Virus record (IMG/VR): IMGVR_UViG_2061766007_000483
Length of the DNA stretch: 63,748 nt
DNA from: an uncultured virus (IMG/VR IMGVR_UViG_2061766007_000483)
Lineage: Duplodnaviria > Heunggongvirae > Uroviricota > Caudoviricetes
Reading direction: 5' to 3' (one strand)
Shown in pieces: positions 39,238 to 49,568 of the stretch (the stretch's first letter is position 1; each line of letters begins with the position of its first letter). Position numbers and translations under genes: made by a program. The notes under the pieces are model-generated. The model made no database searches, was not told the origin of the DNA, and saw only the letters and a program-made list of their open reading frames with translations.

Positions 39238-40549
39238 TTGGTGCGAGGTCGCTTCTTGTTGTTATAAAACATCCATCATTATTCATAATTACGCCTATCT
39301 CACATAAACCTGACTTCGGAACTGTTATGCCATCTGAAGGTAAGTAGATTGATGATGCGGATAATGTATTGCCATTATAAGTGACCGTACCGATTACCAC
39401 ATCAATATCTGCGGAACTTGATGAGTTTATAATCCACAAATAATTATCAGAACCATTATTACAAGTGATGTTCAGCGTCAGGTTTGCGCCTGTGGTAATC
39501 ATCTGTGAATTTCTTTGGTTAGCGGCGCAGGTAAATGTGAATGGACTTGTAACTGTCGTATTAGTTGTGTGCGTGAAATTGTAGTCAGTAAGACCATCAA
39601 TTCCCTGTATTCCCTGCGTGCCTTGCAGACCTTGTAATCCTTGAGTTCCCTGCGTGCCTTGTATTCCCTGTAAACCTGTTGTCCCTTGAACTCCTTGAAG
39701 TCCTTGCAGACCTGTTGTCCCTTGAACTCCTTGAATGCCCTGTATTCCCTGTAAACCTGTTGTCCCTTGAACACCCTGTAAACCCTGTATTCCCTGTGCG
39801 CCCCCTCCGCTGAACTCATAAATACTCGCGATGGTTATGTTCTGCCAAACACCGTTTGTTTTGTTTATCCAAGAACCTCCATCATCAGAAAGTCCATTTA
39901 TCTTGACACCTGAATTATAAACAAAGAACAAAATCGTACCTGCAAGGCACTTCTTAAAATAGTTGTTGTTTACGTTATCATCATATATGATTGTCTTATA
40001 ACCCAAATTGTTTATTTGAAATGCCGCCGCCCCCGCATTGAATGATGTGGTGTTTCCACTTATATTCAAAGTGTAAGGAACCCTCACCGAAACAACCATA
40101 CCATCATAGTAGTTTTCAATAGAAGGGTCTGTAACAATCCACTTTGATACATTTATATTACCTGTTGCCACAGTATTAGGCACTTCCACATTTTTATACA
40201 CAACATCCCTGTAAACGTGGATGTTCTGGTCGGATTCCTTTGACCCACCTGAAAGGTTGAGGTCGGGGTTCAACTGAACATATTGCGTTATTGAAAAAGT
40301 AAACCCGTTCGGTGACAAATGTTCATATAAGTTTGAATAGTATGATTGGTCATAGGATGACGATGTTGTTGGGACGTGACCAATACTGTTATCTTCGGGT
40401 CTGTAATGAAATATGTTATATTCGTTTGTGTCATTATTCACATACACAAACGCATTTGCATAGGATTCGGAAGGTTGATTGTAAGTGTTATCATACACAT
40501 ACACATTTTTTTGTTTTACATCCTCAACTATCAAAAAAAGAGACGCCAT
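39230..40549 (-). CDS. Collagen-like tail fibre protein
   Basis: (G-X-Q)n repeats [12 protein letters not shown]; late promoter at 40575. Confidence 0.75.
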   Translation of the reverse strand: MASLFLIVEDVKQKNVYVYDNTYNQPSESYANAFVYVNNDTNEYNIFHYRPEDNSIGHVPTTSSSYDQSYYSNLYEHLSPNGFTFSITQYVQLNPDLNLSGGSKESDQNIHVYRDVVYKNVEVPNTVATGNINVSKWIVTDPSIENYYDGMVVSVRVPYTLNISGNTTSFNAGAAAFQINNLGYKTIIYDDNVNNNYFKKCLAGTILFFVYNSGVKINGLSDDGGSWINKTNGVWQNITIASIYEFSGGGAQGIQGLQGVQGTTGLQGIQGIQGVQGTTGLQGLQGVQGTTGLQGIQGTQGTQGLQGLQGTQGIQGIDGLTDYNFTHTTNTTVTSPFTFTCAANQRNSQMITTGANLTLNITCNNGSDNYLWIINSSSSADIDVVIGTVTYNGNTLSASSIYLPSDGITVPKSGLCEIGVIMNNDGCFITTRSDLAPNA

Positions 40550-40780
40550 AGCGATTGTTTACTATTCAATACTATATTTATAGGTAATGCAATTTTACCA
40601 TTTTGCGTCAAATCTTCCAAATTTCTCCGAAAAAATCACACAAAAAATGAAGAAAAATAAAAAATAATTTCTAACTGATTGTAAATTAGCACGAAAATTT
40701 TTTAATTTTTTTGACGAACGTATGATAAAAAGATGTACTTTAGCAACTGAAACAAGAACGATAACAAAAACAAAGATATT

Positions 40781-41458
40781 ATGAAAAACAACACCAACAC
40801 CCCCAGCAACAACGCCAACAACACCAACAATGTTAACCTCAACGAAGTACTCGTAAGCAGAGACTTCAAGAACGCGGTCGTGAAAATCGCTTCCATCTAC
40901 GGTATGAATGTCCACAGCGACATCTTCCCCGACCTGATGCAGGTTTGCAGCATCGCCTGCATTGACGCCGCCAAACTCTACAACCCCTCACTTTGCGGTG
41001 GCAACTTCTTGGGTTACGCCTACACGAGAATGTTTGAGTATGCAAAGAACGAGGTATTCAACCAACGCAACATCGTCCACATCCCCGCCAACCACATCTA
41101 CGGAAGGAACGGGTACGAGAAGGTATCGCACGAATACTACGACCTTTTCCGCCCGAATGACGGACACGAACACACCGAATACGCTCCCGAAGATGAGTTC
41201 GTCGCCGACACCTACAATGATGAACTCTCCGTATCAACCTGCAATTCGGGTCTCACCATTGACCTCCGCAACGCCCTCAACAACCTCAACAGCGATGAAC
41301 GTATGGTCTTTGAACTGATGAGCGGACTTCGCAAGTTCTCCGACAACAGCGGCAGCATCACAATCAAGAAGGTTGCAAAGGAGACGGGTATGAGCGTTAA
41401 AAATGTGAAACTCGCATACGACAGCGCAGTCGCTTCAATGAGAGCATATCTCGCATAA
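40781..41458 (+). CDS. Sigma70-family RNA polymerase sigma factor
   Basis: Region 2-like AAKLYNP...FLGYA; region 4-like LNSDERMVF...TIKKVAKETGMS. Confidence 0.8.
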   Translation: MKNNTNTPSNNANNTNNVNLNEVLVSRDFKNAVVKIASIYGMNVHSDIFPDLMQVCSIACIDAAKLYNPSLCGGNFLGYAYTRMFEYAKNEVFNQRNIVHIPANHIYGRNGYEKVSHEYYDLFRPNDGHEHTEYAPEDEFVADTYNDELSVSTCNSGLTIDLRNALNNLNSDERMVFELMSGLRKFSDNSGSITIKKVAKETGMSVKNVKLAYDSAVASMRAYLA

Positions 41459-41483
41459 TGTGAAACACACATCTTATAAATAC

Positions 41484-41512
41484 AAGCGGAACAAATGTTC
41501 CGCTTTTTTTTT
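41484..41512 (+). terminator. Intrinsic terminator
   Basis: aagcggaaca-aa-tgttccgc followed by a T-run. Confidence 0.85.
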
Positions 41513-41533
41513 CACTAACAAAACAAACGATAT

Positions 41534-42328
41534 ATGAAAAAGACAAACAAAAAATTGAAGATATTAAGTTGTAGTGTGTTCACATTGCTGTATCTTATCG
41601 TGAGTATCATAAGTCTCATTTGCAGTACCTCGTTCTTCAATCTCGCACATTCGGGGATTATGAGTTGGGTGTTGGCAATCGGATTTGAGTTGGGCGCTAT
41701 GTCCTGCCTCCTCTCCACACTTATACTTCCGAAGAACAAACTCGGACTCGTGTGGTTTATGTTCGTCATCCTGACGCTCTTTCAGTGTATGGGCAATATG
41801 TACGCGGCGTTCATCAACCTTGAAAACTACTCGGATTGGATTTCAATGTTCGGTATGGACGAACTTGAACCCCTCGCACAGAAACGTGTACTCGCAGCAA
41901 TTTCAGGTATCATACTCCCGTTGGTCGCACTCGGATTCATCAGGATTATGGCAAATATCCTGCAAGACGGAAAATCGCTTGAAATAAACGATTATGAGGA
42001 GGAGACAACAACTCCATCCATCTTCGGACAAAGTGCCTCAAATTCTCCTGAAATGCCACAAAAAAACGATGTTGAGGAAAAGGTTGAACCCGTGATGGAA
42101 AAGAATGATGAACCTGTTGTTGAGGAAAAGGTTGAGGAAGTCAAAGAAAAGAATGATGTGCAACACGTTGCCGAAAATACAAAACCTGTTGTTGAAAAGG
42201 TTGAGGTGAAACCACAGGATGTGAAACCTGTTGAAAAAGAGGAAAAGAAACAGGAACCGACAAAGACCGAAGCACCGAAAAGCACAGGTCGTATTTGGAA
42301 CAGCCAACAGAACGCGGAGGTTGGTTGA
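41534..42328 (+). CDS. Membrane protein (4 TM) with acidic EEKVE repeats
   Basis: Hydrophobic segments and low-complexity tail. Confidence 0.7.
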   Translation: MKKTNKKLKILSCSVFTLLYLIVSIISLICSTSFFNLAHSGIMSWVLAIGFELGAMSCLLSTLILPKNKLGLVWFMFVILTLFQCMGNMYAAFINLENYSDWISMFGMDELEPLAQKRVLAAISGIILPLVALGFIRIMANILQDGKSLEINDYEEETTTPSIFGQSASNSPEMPQKNDVEEKVEPVMEKNDEPVVEEKVEEVKEKNDVQHVAENTKPVVEKVEVKPQDVKPVEKEEKKQEPTKTEAPKSTGRIWNSQQNAEVG

Positions 42329-42358
42329 TATGAACCGTATAAATAACACAAGAACATA

Positions 42359-42393
42359 AAAAAGGCGATACATCATTGATATATCGCCTTTTT
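42359..42393. terminator. Bidirectional terminator built on the 19-bp palindrome
   Basis: aaaaaggcgatacatca-t-tgatatatcgccttttt between convergent genes. Confidence 0.7.
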
Positions 42394-42406
42394 CAATTTT
42401 CCAAAC

Positions 42407-42613
42407 CTATTTGGATTTTTTCGGTTTCGGATGTTCCTTGCAAGGTTCCTCACAAGTATCACCCACCTTCGGTTCCATCGGTTCGGTCTCAACATAACCG
42501 AGCGTGAGCATCGCCTGATAGATGAGGGCGGAGTCTTGGATTGAATACACCCCCGACTTCTGTGCGATTGCGATTGCCTGCTTGATTACTTCTTTTGCTT
42601 CTTTTTCTGTCAT
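42407..42613 (-). CDS. Small hypothetical protein
   Basis: 68 aa. Confidence 0.6.
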   Translation of the reverse strand: MTEKEAKEVIKQAIAIAQKSGVYSIQDSALIYQAMLTLGYVETEPMEPKVGDTCEEPCKEHPKPKKSK

Positions 42614-42630
42614 TGCTATAAATTTAAGGG

Positions 42631-43266
42631 TTACGAAATCTTGATGGTTTTCGGTTCAACTTTCTTCACAATCTTCGGAATTGTGATGGTGAGGATTCCG
42701 AGTTTGAGCGAGGCGCCCATCTGCTCAACATCCATATTGTCACCAATGACGATGACATCGTTGAAGTTCTTCGGCGTGAACGGAGAGTCAAGGTTCACGG
42801 CGTCCAATGTGACACGAACCTCATCACCGACAAGTTCAATGGTGATGTCCTTCTTCTCAACGCCAGGCATAAGATATTTGATGGTCTTGGCGTCATCGGT
42901 CTCCGACACATACTTGCGGTTCTGCTTGCAGGTGCATTCACCCTGCTTTTTTTCGGGTGCGGGAGCGTTGTCGTTTTTCTCCATTTTGTCTTGGTTCTTT
43001 TTGCAACAATCCTCACCCTTGTCGGATTTTCCTCCGCCGAACAAATCTGGGATAATGTCAAAGAGTGAACGGTAGTTCACCTGCGGATTGATTCTGCTGT
43101 ACGCCTCGTCAGCGATGACATTCGCTTCGTAGTCGTTCATATCCGCCATTTTGCTGATTTCCTTTTTTGCGTAGTCATAGACCACCAAAGCATCAACGGG
43201 GTTGAGTTTGCCATATTTGGCAATAAAGGTGTCAAACACCTTTTTCATCATTTGCTCTTTTGTCAT
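42631..43266 (-). CDS. Hsp20/alpha-crystallin small heat-shock protein
   Basis: MPGVEKKDITI, ASLKLGILTITIPK. Confidence 0.85.
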   Translation of the reverse strand: MTKEQMMKKVFDTFIAKYGKLNPVDALVVYDYAKKEISKMADMNDYEANVIADEAYSRINPQVNYRSLFDIIPDLFGGGKSDKGEDCCKKNQDKMEKNDNAPAPEKKQGECTCKQNRKYVSETDDAKTIKYLMPGVEKKDITIELVGDEVRVTLDAVNLDSPFTPKNFNDVIVIGDNMDVEQMGASLKLGILTITIPKIVKKVEPKTIKIS

Positions 43267-43384
43267 ATTCTTTAATTTTTATTCATAAACAGGCATAGCA
43301 AAAAGCGTGCCATTACATTTGAATATAATAAAAAAAACTTACTTTTTTACAACTGTGTATAAATATATCAGAAAAAACTTGACT

Positions 43385-43750
43385 ATGACAAAGATATTGA
43401 GAATCGACGAGATGGTGAAATACTCCGAAGGCGATATGGAAATAACGAATGCGTGGTACTGCACTAAAATTGTGGATGAACTTGAAAAACCTGTTTACTT
43501 CATAATATGTTCCAAAGATGAAGATTACATTGATGACTTCATAAAAGTATGGTATCAAAAACCAAACGGTTGGGCGCGTGCGACATCGTTGTACTCCTAT
43601 ACAAGCGGATGGGTGAACCATCGCATATACAATGCCGATGACCTTCAGGAACTAATAGATTCTGTGATAGACTATGGTTGTATCGTAAAATATAGAAAAG
43701 ACCAAGAATCTGTTGAAAAGGAACTCAAGTCTAAACACCTCATAAAATAG
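43385..43750 (+). CDS. Late protein with RIDEM N-terminus
   Basis: MTKILRIDEM; TATAAATA at 43358. Confidence 0.65.
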   Translation: MTKILRIDEMVKYSEGDMEITNAWYCTKIVDELEKPVYFIICSKDEDYIDDFIKVWYQKPNGWARATSLYSYTSGWVNHRIYNADDLQELIDSVIDYGCIVKYRKDQESVEKELKSKHLIK

Positions 43751-43801
43751 TCACAAATTGTTGAAATATCAAAAATATATCCATTTAATATAGGAATTAC
43801 A

Positions 43802-44014
43802 ATGTGCGAAACTCTTTCACCGACAGTACCCCCTTGCGGAATGGGGGAGATAAAGTTCCCGCAGGACGGACAGGCGGGTTCGGGCGACCTCATCTGTGGC
43901 GCCGCCCCGACAAAAAGGAAAAAGCGCAGAAAACCGTACACGCAGAAACCCGCCCATAACATTATGTCATTTGACGAGTTCGTGAAAATTCAGAAAAATA
44001 ATGAGGGAAAGTGA
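43802..44014 (+). CDS. Small protein (GSGD motif; C-terminal IMSFDEF)
   Basis: 70 aa, followed by a hairpin and T-run. Confidence 0.5.
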   Translation: MCETLSPTVPPCGMGEIKFPQDGQAGSGDLICGAAPTKRKKRRKPYTQKPAHNIMSFDEFVKIQKNNEGK

Positions 44015-44044
44015 AAAATCCCTCTTTTTTTGTTATATTAAATT

Positions 44045-44500
44045 ATGAAAGCATTTGACGATTCAAAGATAGTTGCAAAGACCGCAGAACTTGAACAGAT
44101 GTTCAAGGAAGAACGGGACAAATGGAACGGGAAAATTACCGAACTCGTTTCCTCAATCCGCTACAACGACAAGTTCACGGACGCTATGGTTCTCGGTCTG
44201 TCATACAGACAGCAGGTGATAGAACAGATTGCCCAATACAAGAACGTGTCATCAAAAAGACGTTCCACGATTGACAAACTCCGTGCCGCGAGGTACAGGG
44301 AGTATATGGTGGAGGGAGACCTCAAACTGTCCGCCTCCGAAAAGAACGACGCAGTGAACGCAGACCTCACGGCATACACCTATCAGTTGAACCTGATTGA
44401 CAATCACACGGAGTTCCTGCGTGAGACACTGCGTATGCTAACTGACTTCCAATACACCATCAAGAACAAACTTGATATGATTAAGGAAGAACTAATGTGA
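44045..44500 (+). CDS. UvsY-like recombination mediator
   Basis: Helical 151 aa; YREY...LKLSASEKNDAVNADL...EFLRETL pattern. Confidence 0.6.
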   Translation: MKAFDDSKIVAKTAELEQMFKEERDKWNGKITELVSSIRYNDKFTDAMVLGLSYRQQVIEQIAQYKNVSSKRRSTIDKLRAARYREYMVEGDLKLSASEKNDAVNADLTAYTYQLNLIDNHTEFLRETLRMLTDFQYTIKNKLDMIKEELM

Positions 44501-44528
44501 ACTAATTCCGTATGGTATTGCAAACAGT

Positions 44529-45575
44529 TCACAGGTCAATCAGGTCAAGAGGGTCGTCACTGAACCATTTGTCAATCGTCCTGAAGTCAAAGTGTATCCT
44601 GTTTTTCACAAGGTACACAATCAATTCGTTCAAGTCCTTTATCTTCTTGTCAAACCCGTTCTCATCAAGGAACTTACCCCACAGGAACACATTCTTGCGC
44701 GATGTGAGTTTCTCATAGGTCTGCTTGTAACCCGCCTCATCGTTGTCAAAGAAATACCGTGTGTTCGGAAGTTCCTCAATGAGGTCAACCTTGCGACCGA
44801 CACCGCACAACCCCACGCTGTTGGGGAGGAAGAAACTGTCAATGCCACCCTCAAACACATAGAGCGTGTCAAGGAGCGCGACACGCATAAGGTTGAATGT
44901 TATGCTGATTTGGTTCAGGAGGTCTATGTGCGGCGTATATCTTTCGTCAATGGCACGCCCCGATTTCTCGTAAATCTTGGAGATGGTGTATGTCCTGTAC
45001 TTGACCATATTCGCGTCAAAGGAGCGGATTTGGAACCCCGCTATCTTTCCCTTGTCCGTCAGGTTCAGGACATAGAGTTCGTTCCTGTATGAGTTGTACA
45101 TAAACCTGTCGGCATAGCGGAGCAGGCAGCGTGATTTGAGATAGTCGTGTATGAACCCACCCTGCGGAATCTCAACCAATCGGAATGACCTGCGAACCTC
45201 ATCCCTTTCAAGCGCGAGTTCGTTCATCTCATCAAAGAGAACAAGGTCAAAAGTATCATTGTGTTTTACCCGCTTTTTCTTTGAAATCACGGACGAAATC
45301 AGGTCAATGGTATTGGTGTCCACATTGACGTCAAAGTCCCGCAGAAAACGATAATAATCGGTGTGCTTGCCGCAGTTGAAGCAATGGTAGTTCAAGTCCT
45401 CAATATAGACGTTTCCCCTTTTCTTCATCACGTTGTCGGAATCGCCGCAGTAGGGGCAGGCGAAGTTCAACCTGTCCGAGTACTTCAAGACCTTCTGCTT
45501 GTGCTTGTCGGTGAACGTGTTTTTTAGGACTTCCTCTATGCCTGCGATGATTTCGTTGAGTTCCGCATCCGTCAT
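44529..45575 (-). CDS. DNA primase (T4 gp61-like)
   Basis: CPYCGDS...HCFNC Zn finger; TOPRIM FEGGIDS, FDND, KDLNE. Confidence 0.92.
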   Translation of the reverse strand: MTDAELNEIIAGIEEVLKNTFTDKHKQKVLKYSDRLNFACPYCGDSDNVMKKRGNVYIEDLNYHCFNCGKHTDYYRFLRDFDVNVDTNTIDLISSVISKKKRVKHNDTFDLVLFDEMNELALERDEVRRSFRLVEIPQGGFIHDYLKSRCLLRYADRFMYNSYRNELYVLNLTDKGKIAGFQIRSFDANMVKYRTYTISKIYEKSGRAIDERYTPHIDLLNQISITFNLMRVALLDTLYVFEGGIDSFFLPNSVGLCGVGRKVDLIEELPNTRYFFDNDEAGYKQTYEKLTSRKNVFLWGKFLDENGFDKKIKDLNELIVYLVKNRIHFDFRTIDKWFSDDPLDLIDL

Positions 45576-45578
45576 ACC

Positions 45579-45995
45579 TTACAGTTTTTCAATGATGCGC
45601 CTGATGAACTCCGCGTCAACGGCTGTCGTGGTTGTCATCGTGCGGTAGTTGTACTGATATTTCTTGTCCAATTTGACCTGACCATAGACGGACTTGTCAA
45701 GGAGTTCCTGCAACGCCTGCTTCCAATCCTCAATCGGTCGTTTTTCAAGGTATGTGACAAGCGGTTCAACCGCGCTCTCCCAATCGTAGTAGGTGGGCGA
45801 CCAAGTTTTTCCGAACACCTCTTTTGAACTGACGGTGAATGCTTTTCCGCCAAGTCTCTTTATGTTGTGTGGGTTCTCCTTGCCTGCCTCACGGATGATG
45901 TCAGTCATCGTCTCTTTGAGTGCCTTCTTAATATCATCCTGCTTCGCTTGGATTGCAAGAAGTTCGTCTGTGAGTTTCTTTACATTATCGTTCAT
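45579..45995 (-). CDS. Hypothetical protein
   Basis: 138 aa. Confidence 0.65.
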   Translation of the reverse strand: MNDNVKKLTDELLAIQAKQDDIKKALKETMTDIIREAGKENPHNIKRLGGKAFTVSSKEVFGKTWSPTYYDWESAVEPLVTYLEKRPIEDWKQALQELLDKSVYGQVKLDKKYQYNYRTMTTTTAVDAEFIRRIIEKL

Positions 45996-46012
45996 AATGA
46001 TTTCCTATACTA

Positions 46013-47425
46013 CTATCTTTTTGCACGTTCACGTTTCCATTTCGGAAATGCCCGTTGTAATTTTTCAGCGAATATCTCGGCATCCTGTTTTGTCCGCAAC
46101 GGTTTTTCCCAATCGTATTTACCATTGGCGTCCTTCGGGTAGATTGTACAAACGCTCTCCATCTCCTCTGATAAGTGGTATTCGGGAAGTGCGTTCTCTA
46201 TAAGTTCATAAACCTTGCTTGTGAAATTGCTGTCGTCCGACAAACCGCGACCGCTAAATTTATCAATAAGAAGAAGCCACTCATTTTCATCCCTGAAATA
46301 AACAACATTCCAATATACCATAATGTTGGGGTTCTGCGGTTTTATGTCGGTCTGTACGGGTTGCTGACTTGCCGTTTGGGATTGGAACCGTTTCCAAGAC
46401 GGGAGCATCTTTTCAATAAACTCGTCAAACATACGCTCGGTTTCCTTGTCGTATGAAAGTGTCTTGTTGAACATCTCCAAAACATACCTGCCACGCTCAA
46501 CCTCAATGATGGTGTCATCGTTGCCGTTTTTATTAAGGCGCAGGAAAATTGAAATGATGTCGGTGACCTTTCCGTTGAAGTCCTCATCGGATGATATTGT
46601 TTTGCCGTCATTGCTTAACACGAGGCAGAACCTGTTTGTCTTTCCATTATAGTCAAACGGAACGATGTCATACCAAATGTTCTTGCCGTTAATTTCCGCA
46701 ATGTCTATGCCGACCATCGGTGCAGGTTCATCAACAACGTCATCAATGACATCCTCAATGTCCTTTGCCTTCTGTGCGGGTTTCACTTTTTTTACCTTGT
46801 AGTTGCCGCGCACTTGGGTCTTTGGGGTGTAATGGGGCGCGCCCTCCACCTCAACACGGGCGGTGAACTCGTCAATGCACATATCAAGGTTTCGGTAATC
46901 GGAGAGGTCGTCAACATCCACATAATCGCCTTCTTGGTCATACTCATAGGGAATGCCATAGGTGTCAAAGTACAACTTGTCTCCGTTCACACCGTTGACC
47001 GTATTCTCCTCACCGTTTCCGAATGCGGACTTGTTCAGTGTGTTCACGGCGTTGCCCCTTGTCGGCACATATCCGCGATAACCCTTTCCGTCCCAATAGA
47101 CGAAGAAATACAGGATGTCCTCCCAATCACCGCCAGTCTCAAAGACCATAAAGTCAAGTCCAGTCTCGGTGGTTTGGATTCCGATGTATTCAAGGTTCTC
47201 ATTGTCAAAGTTGTACTTGGACAAGTCCTTTTCAACCTTCGGGTTCTCAACTATGTTATCAATCATTTTCCATTGGTCGTCATCAATAACATATTCAAGT
47301 TTCTCACGACCGCCTTTCGGTGCTTTCCGTCCACCAATCTTGATGGGTTTGTCCTCGTTGAAATATGTGATGCCGTTATTGGTGTTATCGTTCACCATCT
47401 CATCAATTCTTTTGATGTGTGTCAT
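46013..47425 (-). CDS. Multi-domain protein with RIDEM N-terminus
   Basis: MTHIKRIDEM; GATAAATA at 47446-47453; internal duplicated LxSDxxFxxKV segment. Confidence 0.65.
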   Translation of the reverse strand: MTHIKRIDEMVNDNTNNGITYFNEDKPIKIGGRKAPKGGREKLEYVIDDDQWKMIDNIVENPKVEKDLSKYNFDNENLEYIGIQTTETGLDFMVFETGGDWEDILYFFVYWDGKGYRGYVPTRGNAVNTLNKSAFGNGEENTVNGVNGDKLYFDTYGIPYEYDQEGDYVDVDDLSDYRNLDMCIDEFTARVEVEGAPHYTPKTQVRGNYKVKKVKPAQKAKDIEDVIDDVVDEPAPMVGIDIAEINGKNIWYDIVPFDYNGKTNRFCLVLSNDGKTISSDEDFNGKVTDIISIFLRLNKNGNDDTIIEVERGRYVLEMFNKTLSYDKETERMFDEFIEKMLPSWKRFQSQTASQQPVQTDIKPQNPNIMVYWNVVYFRDENEWLLLIDKFSGRGLSDDSNFTSKVYELIENALPEYHLSEEMESVCTIYPKDANGKYDWEKPLRTKQDAEIFAEKLQRAFPKWKRERAKR

Positions 47426-47451
47426 ATTTTCTTGTTTTTATTTTATATTTA

Positions 47452-48397
47452 TCAGTGCGCTTTTCTGTCGCCATCGTGCAGGAGCATAAGGTCGGAATAG
47501 AAATCCGAACTCATACGGGCGACATCCTTCTCTTTCACCTTCTCGCTTTTCCACTGCATCATCGGGTGCTGATGATAATAGATGAGGTTGGCGACCCTTA
47601 TGGTATCCTCATCGGACAGACCTTTCGTCCTGCAATAGAACGGGGCGTCATAGGCGCCGACACAATGGTGTTGGTAGAAGTGCTGCACATCGGTTGTCTC
47701 GCCTTTTCCGTTCACATAGGTCGCGGTCAGGAGTTTCCCGTTGTCGTGGATGAGGGTTGCGAATGAAAGAATTTCATCACCGCCGTTTGCGATGACATNN
47801 NNNNNNNNNNNNNNGCCCGCCGAGCGTGTGGGTGTGATGAGGGTTGTGTTGGTCAAACACGTCCGCCACGTCAAGAAAATGCTCAACAGAATAGTGTTCC
47901 GCGTCATAATCGGACACAAGAACCATAATCTCATTGAACCCCTCCTCGTATCCAGGCGGACAGAAGTTCTTCCACATCCTCTCAATCACTTCGGTCGGGA
48001 CGACACGTTTCCTGCCCGCGTTGCGTTTCAGGCACTCGTCAAGCGGAACGGCGAACCAAACGGCAATCAGGTCGTATTGGGTGTCACGGGTCTGCTTGGA
48101 TGAGTTGCGGACACGGCGTTCAAGGTCGGAGATGTGCGCGATTCTGTCCTTCTTTTTCAGGTTGGTCGCGTCAAGTATGATGTTGGTGCAGTCCCCACAC
48201 ACAGCGTCGGCAAGACGTTGCTTCACAATACCGAACACGACGTTGGGGTCACCCTGTATGTTTTCATCGCCATAAAGTTCTCCCCTGATGGCGTCGGATG
48301 ATATGACAACGCAGTCGCCTTCGGACATAAACTTATTCGCCCAAGTGGACTTTCCGCTGCCTGGCAAACCGATTGGAATATAGACTCTCTTTCTCAT
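47452..48397 (-). CDS. Polynucleotide kinase-like P-loop domain fused to HD domain (interrupted by gap)
   Basis: GLPGSGKST, SSDAIR, DATNL; HH...IHDNGK...HH...HDGD. Confidence 0.8.
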
Positions 48398-48401
48398 AGT
48401 T

Positions 48402-48680
48402 TTATTCGTTTAGGTCTCTGCCGCACATTGGGCAATACTTAACGGGAATGTAGATGTGGGTCACACGCCTTTTATCATCGGCAAAGTAAACCTCAATGGT
48501 TGAAACATAACCATCTTCCGCGTGGCACCTTTTTGATATTGGAGTTGGCGGTATGATGTTTGCCATAACTTCAAAATCGCCAATATCTTTGCTATTTGTT
48601 TTTGTTGGCAACAATTCGCGATACCTGTGTTTGTAGGCATCCATTTTATCGGATGTAAGGGCTTCACAGTATTTGCACAT
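48402..48680 (-). CDS. Small Zn-binding protein
   Basis: MCKYC...YCPMCGR. Confidence 0.65.
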   Translation of the reverse strand: MCKYCEALTSDKMDAYKHRYRELLPTKTNSKDIGDFEVMANIIPPTPISKRCHAEDGYVSTIEVYFADDKRRVTHIYIPVKYCPMCGRDLNE

Positions 48681-48745
48681 AGTTTGTCTTTTTAGGTTTT
48701 CTCTTTATTGAATATAATAAAAAAATCTGAATTATACGATTTCAA

Positions 48746-48958
48746 TCAGAACAGTCTGTTTAATAAACCGATAAGAGACCAACGAAATTTACCGTCTTTG
48801 AAAACGTACTCGTCTATGTATATCTTATCATCGGATTGGACAACCGAGCGTCCGTTTCTGTTCCATATTCTTTTGGGGAGTTCGTATTTGACTCCATCGT
48901 AAGTTACCATATTGCCGTCAATAACAATACTATGACCGTTTTGTTTGCTTTGTATCAT
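48746..48958 (-). CDS. Small hypothetical protein
   Basis: Start reassigned to MIQSKQNG. Confidence 0.5.
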   Translation of the reverse strand: MIQSKQNGHSIVIDGNMVTYDGVKYELPKRIWNRNGRSVVQSDDKIYIDEYVFKDGKFRWSLIGLLNRLF

Positions 48959-49037
48959 AATTTTATTATTTTGTTCATTTTCAATTATTTTTTGACCAAC
49001 ATATACAGTTCGTCCATCGCCGCCGCGCCGATTTCGT

Positions 49038-49346
49038 TCAGAAATGTTCCTCCATCTCGCAGTTATCAATATAGTCAATCGCCTCCGTCGCGTGCATACC
49101 GCACTTGTCCATAAGCGAATTGATTTGCGCTGAATCGCTACGCAACCTTCTTTGGTGACTTTCGTATTGGGCGACGAGTTCTTCGGACAGACGCTTGTCT
49201 ATCACAAAGTCCCTCACGTTCTGTATGCACCAAACGATGTATGACGGGTTTGCGTCAATCACCTCAAGGACTGTGCGTCCCTTGTATTTGCCGAATTGCA
49301 GGACATCGTTCACATTCGGCGTGTTTTCAAGTTCCTTTCTTGTCAT
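49038..49346 (-). CDS. FGKYKG-motif protein (ExoX C-terminal-like)
   Basis: LQFGKYKGRTV...PSYIVW. Confidence 0.7.
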   Translation of the reverse strand: MTRKELENTPNVNDVLQFGKYKGRTVLEVIDANPSYIVWCIQNVRDFVIDKRLSEELVAQYESHQRRLRSDSAQINSLMDKCGMHATEAIDYIDNCEMEEHF

Positions 49347-49561
49347 TGTACGATATGCGTTTCGTGAATGTCTTTCATATTTTTGTAGTGCGACGACTCT
49401 ATGATATTGGTCAGCGGCGCCATAACATAATGCCCGTCGGACGTCCTGACGACCGCGCAGGGTACACCGTCGCCGCCGTGCATAAAACCTGCGAGAACGC
49501 CAGTCTGTCCTTTCTGATAATCGCCGTACGGCGAAGACGACGTGAATGTAATTTTATCCAT
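49343..49561 (-). CDS. Small hypothetical protein
   Basis: 72 aa. Confidence 0.55.
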   Translation of the reverse strand: MDKITFTSSSPYGDYQKGQTGVLAGFMHGGDGVPCAVVRTSDGHYVMAPLTNIIESSHYKNMKDIHETHIVQ

Positions 49562-49568
49562 AATTCCA

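Noticed and set aside
38527..39385. Diversity-generating retroelement TR/VR pair
   Set aside because: Differences are not adenine-specific and no reverse transcriptase is in the window
39596..39800. 9-nt periodic DNA repeats as a regulatory array
   Set aside because: Explained by collagen-like G-X-Q coding
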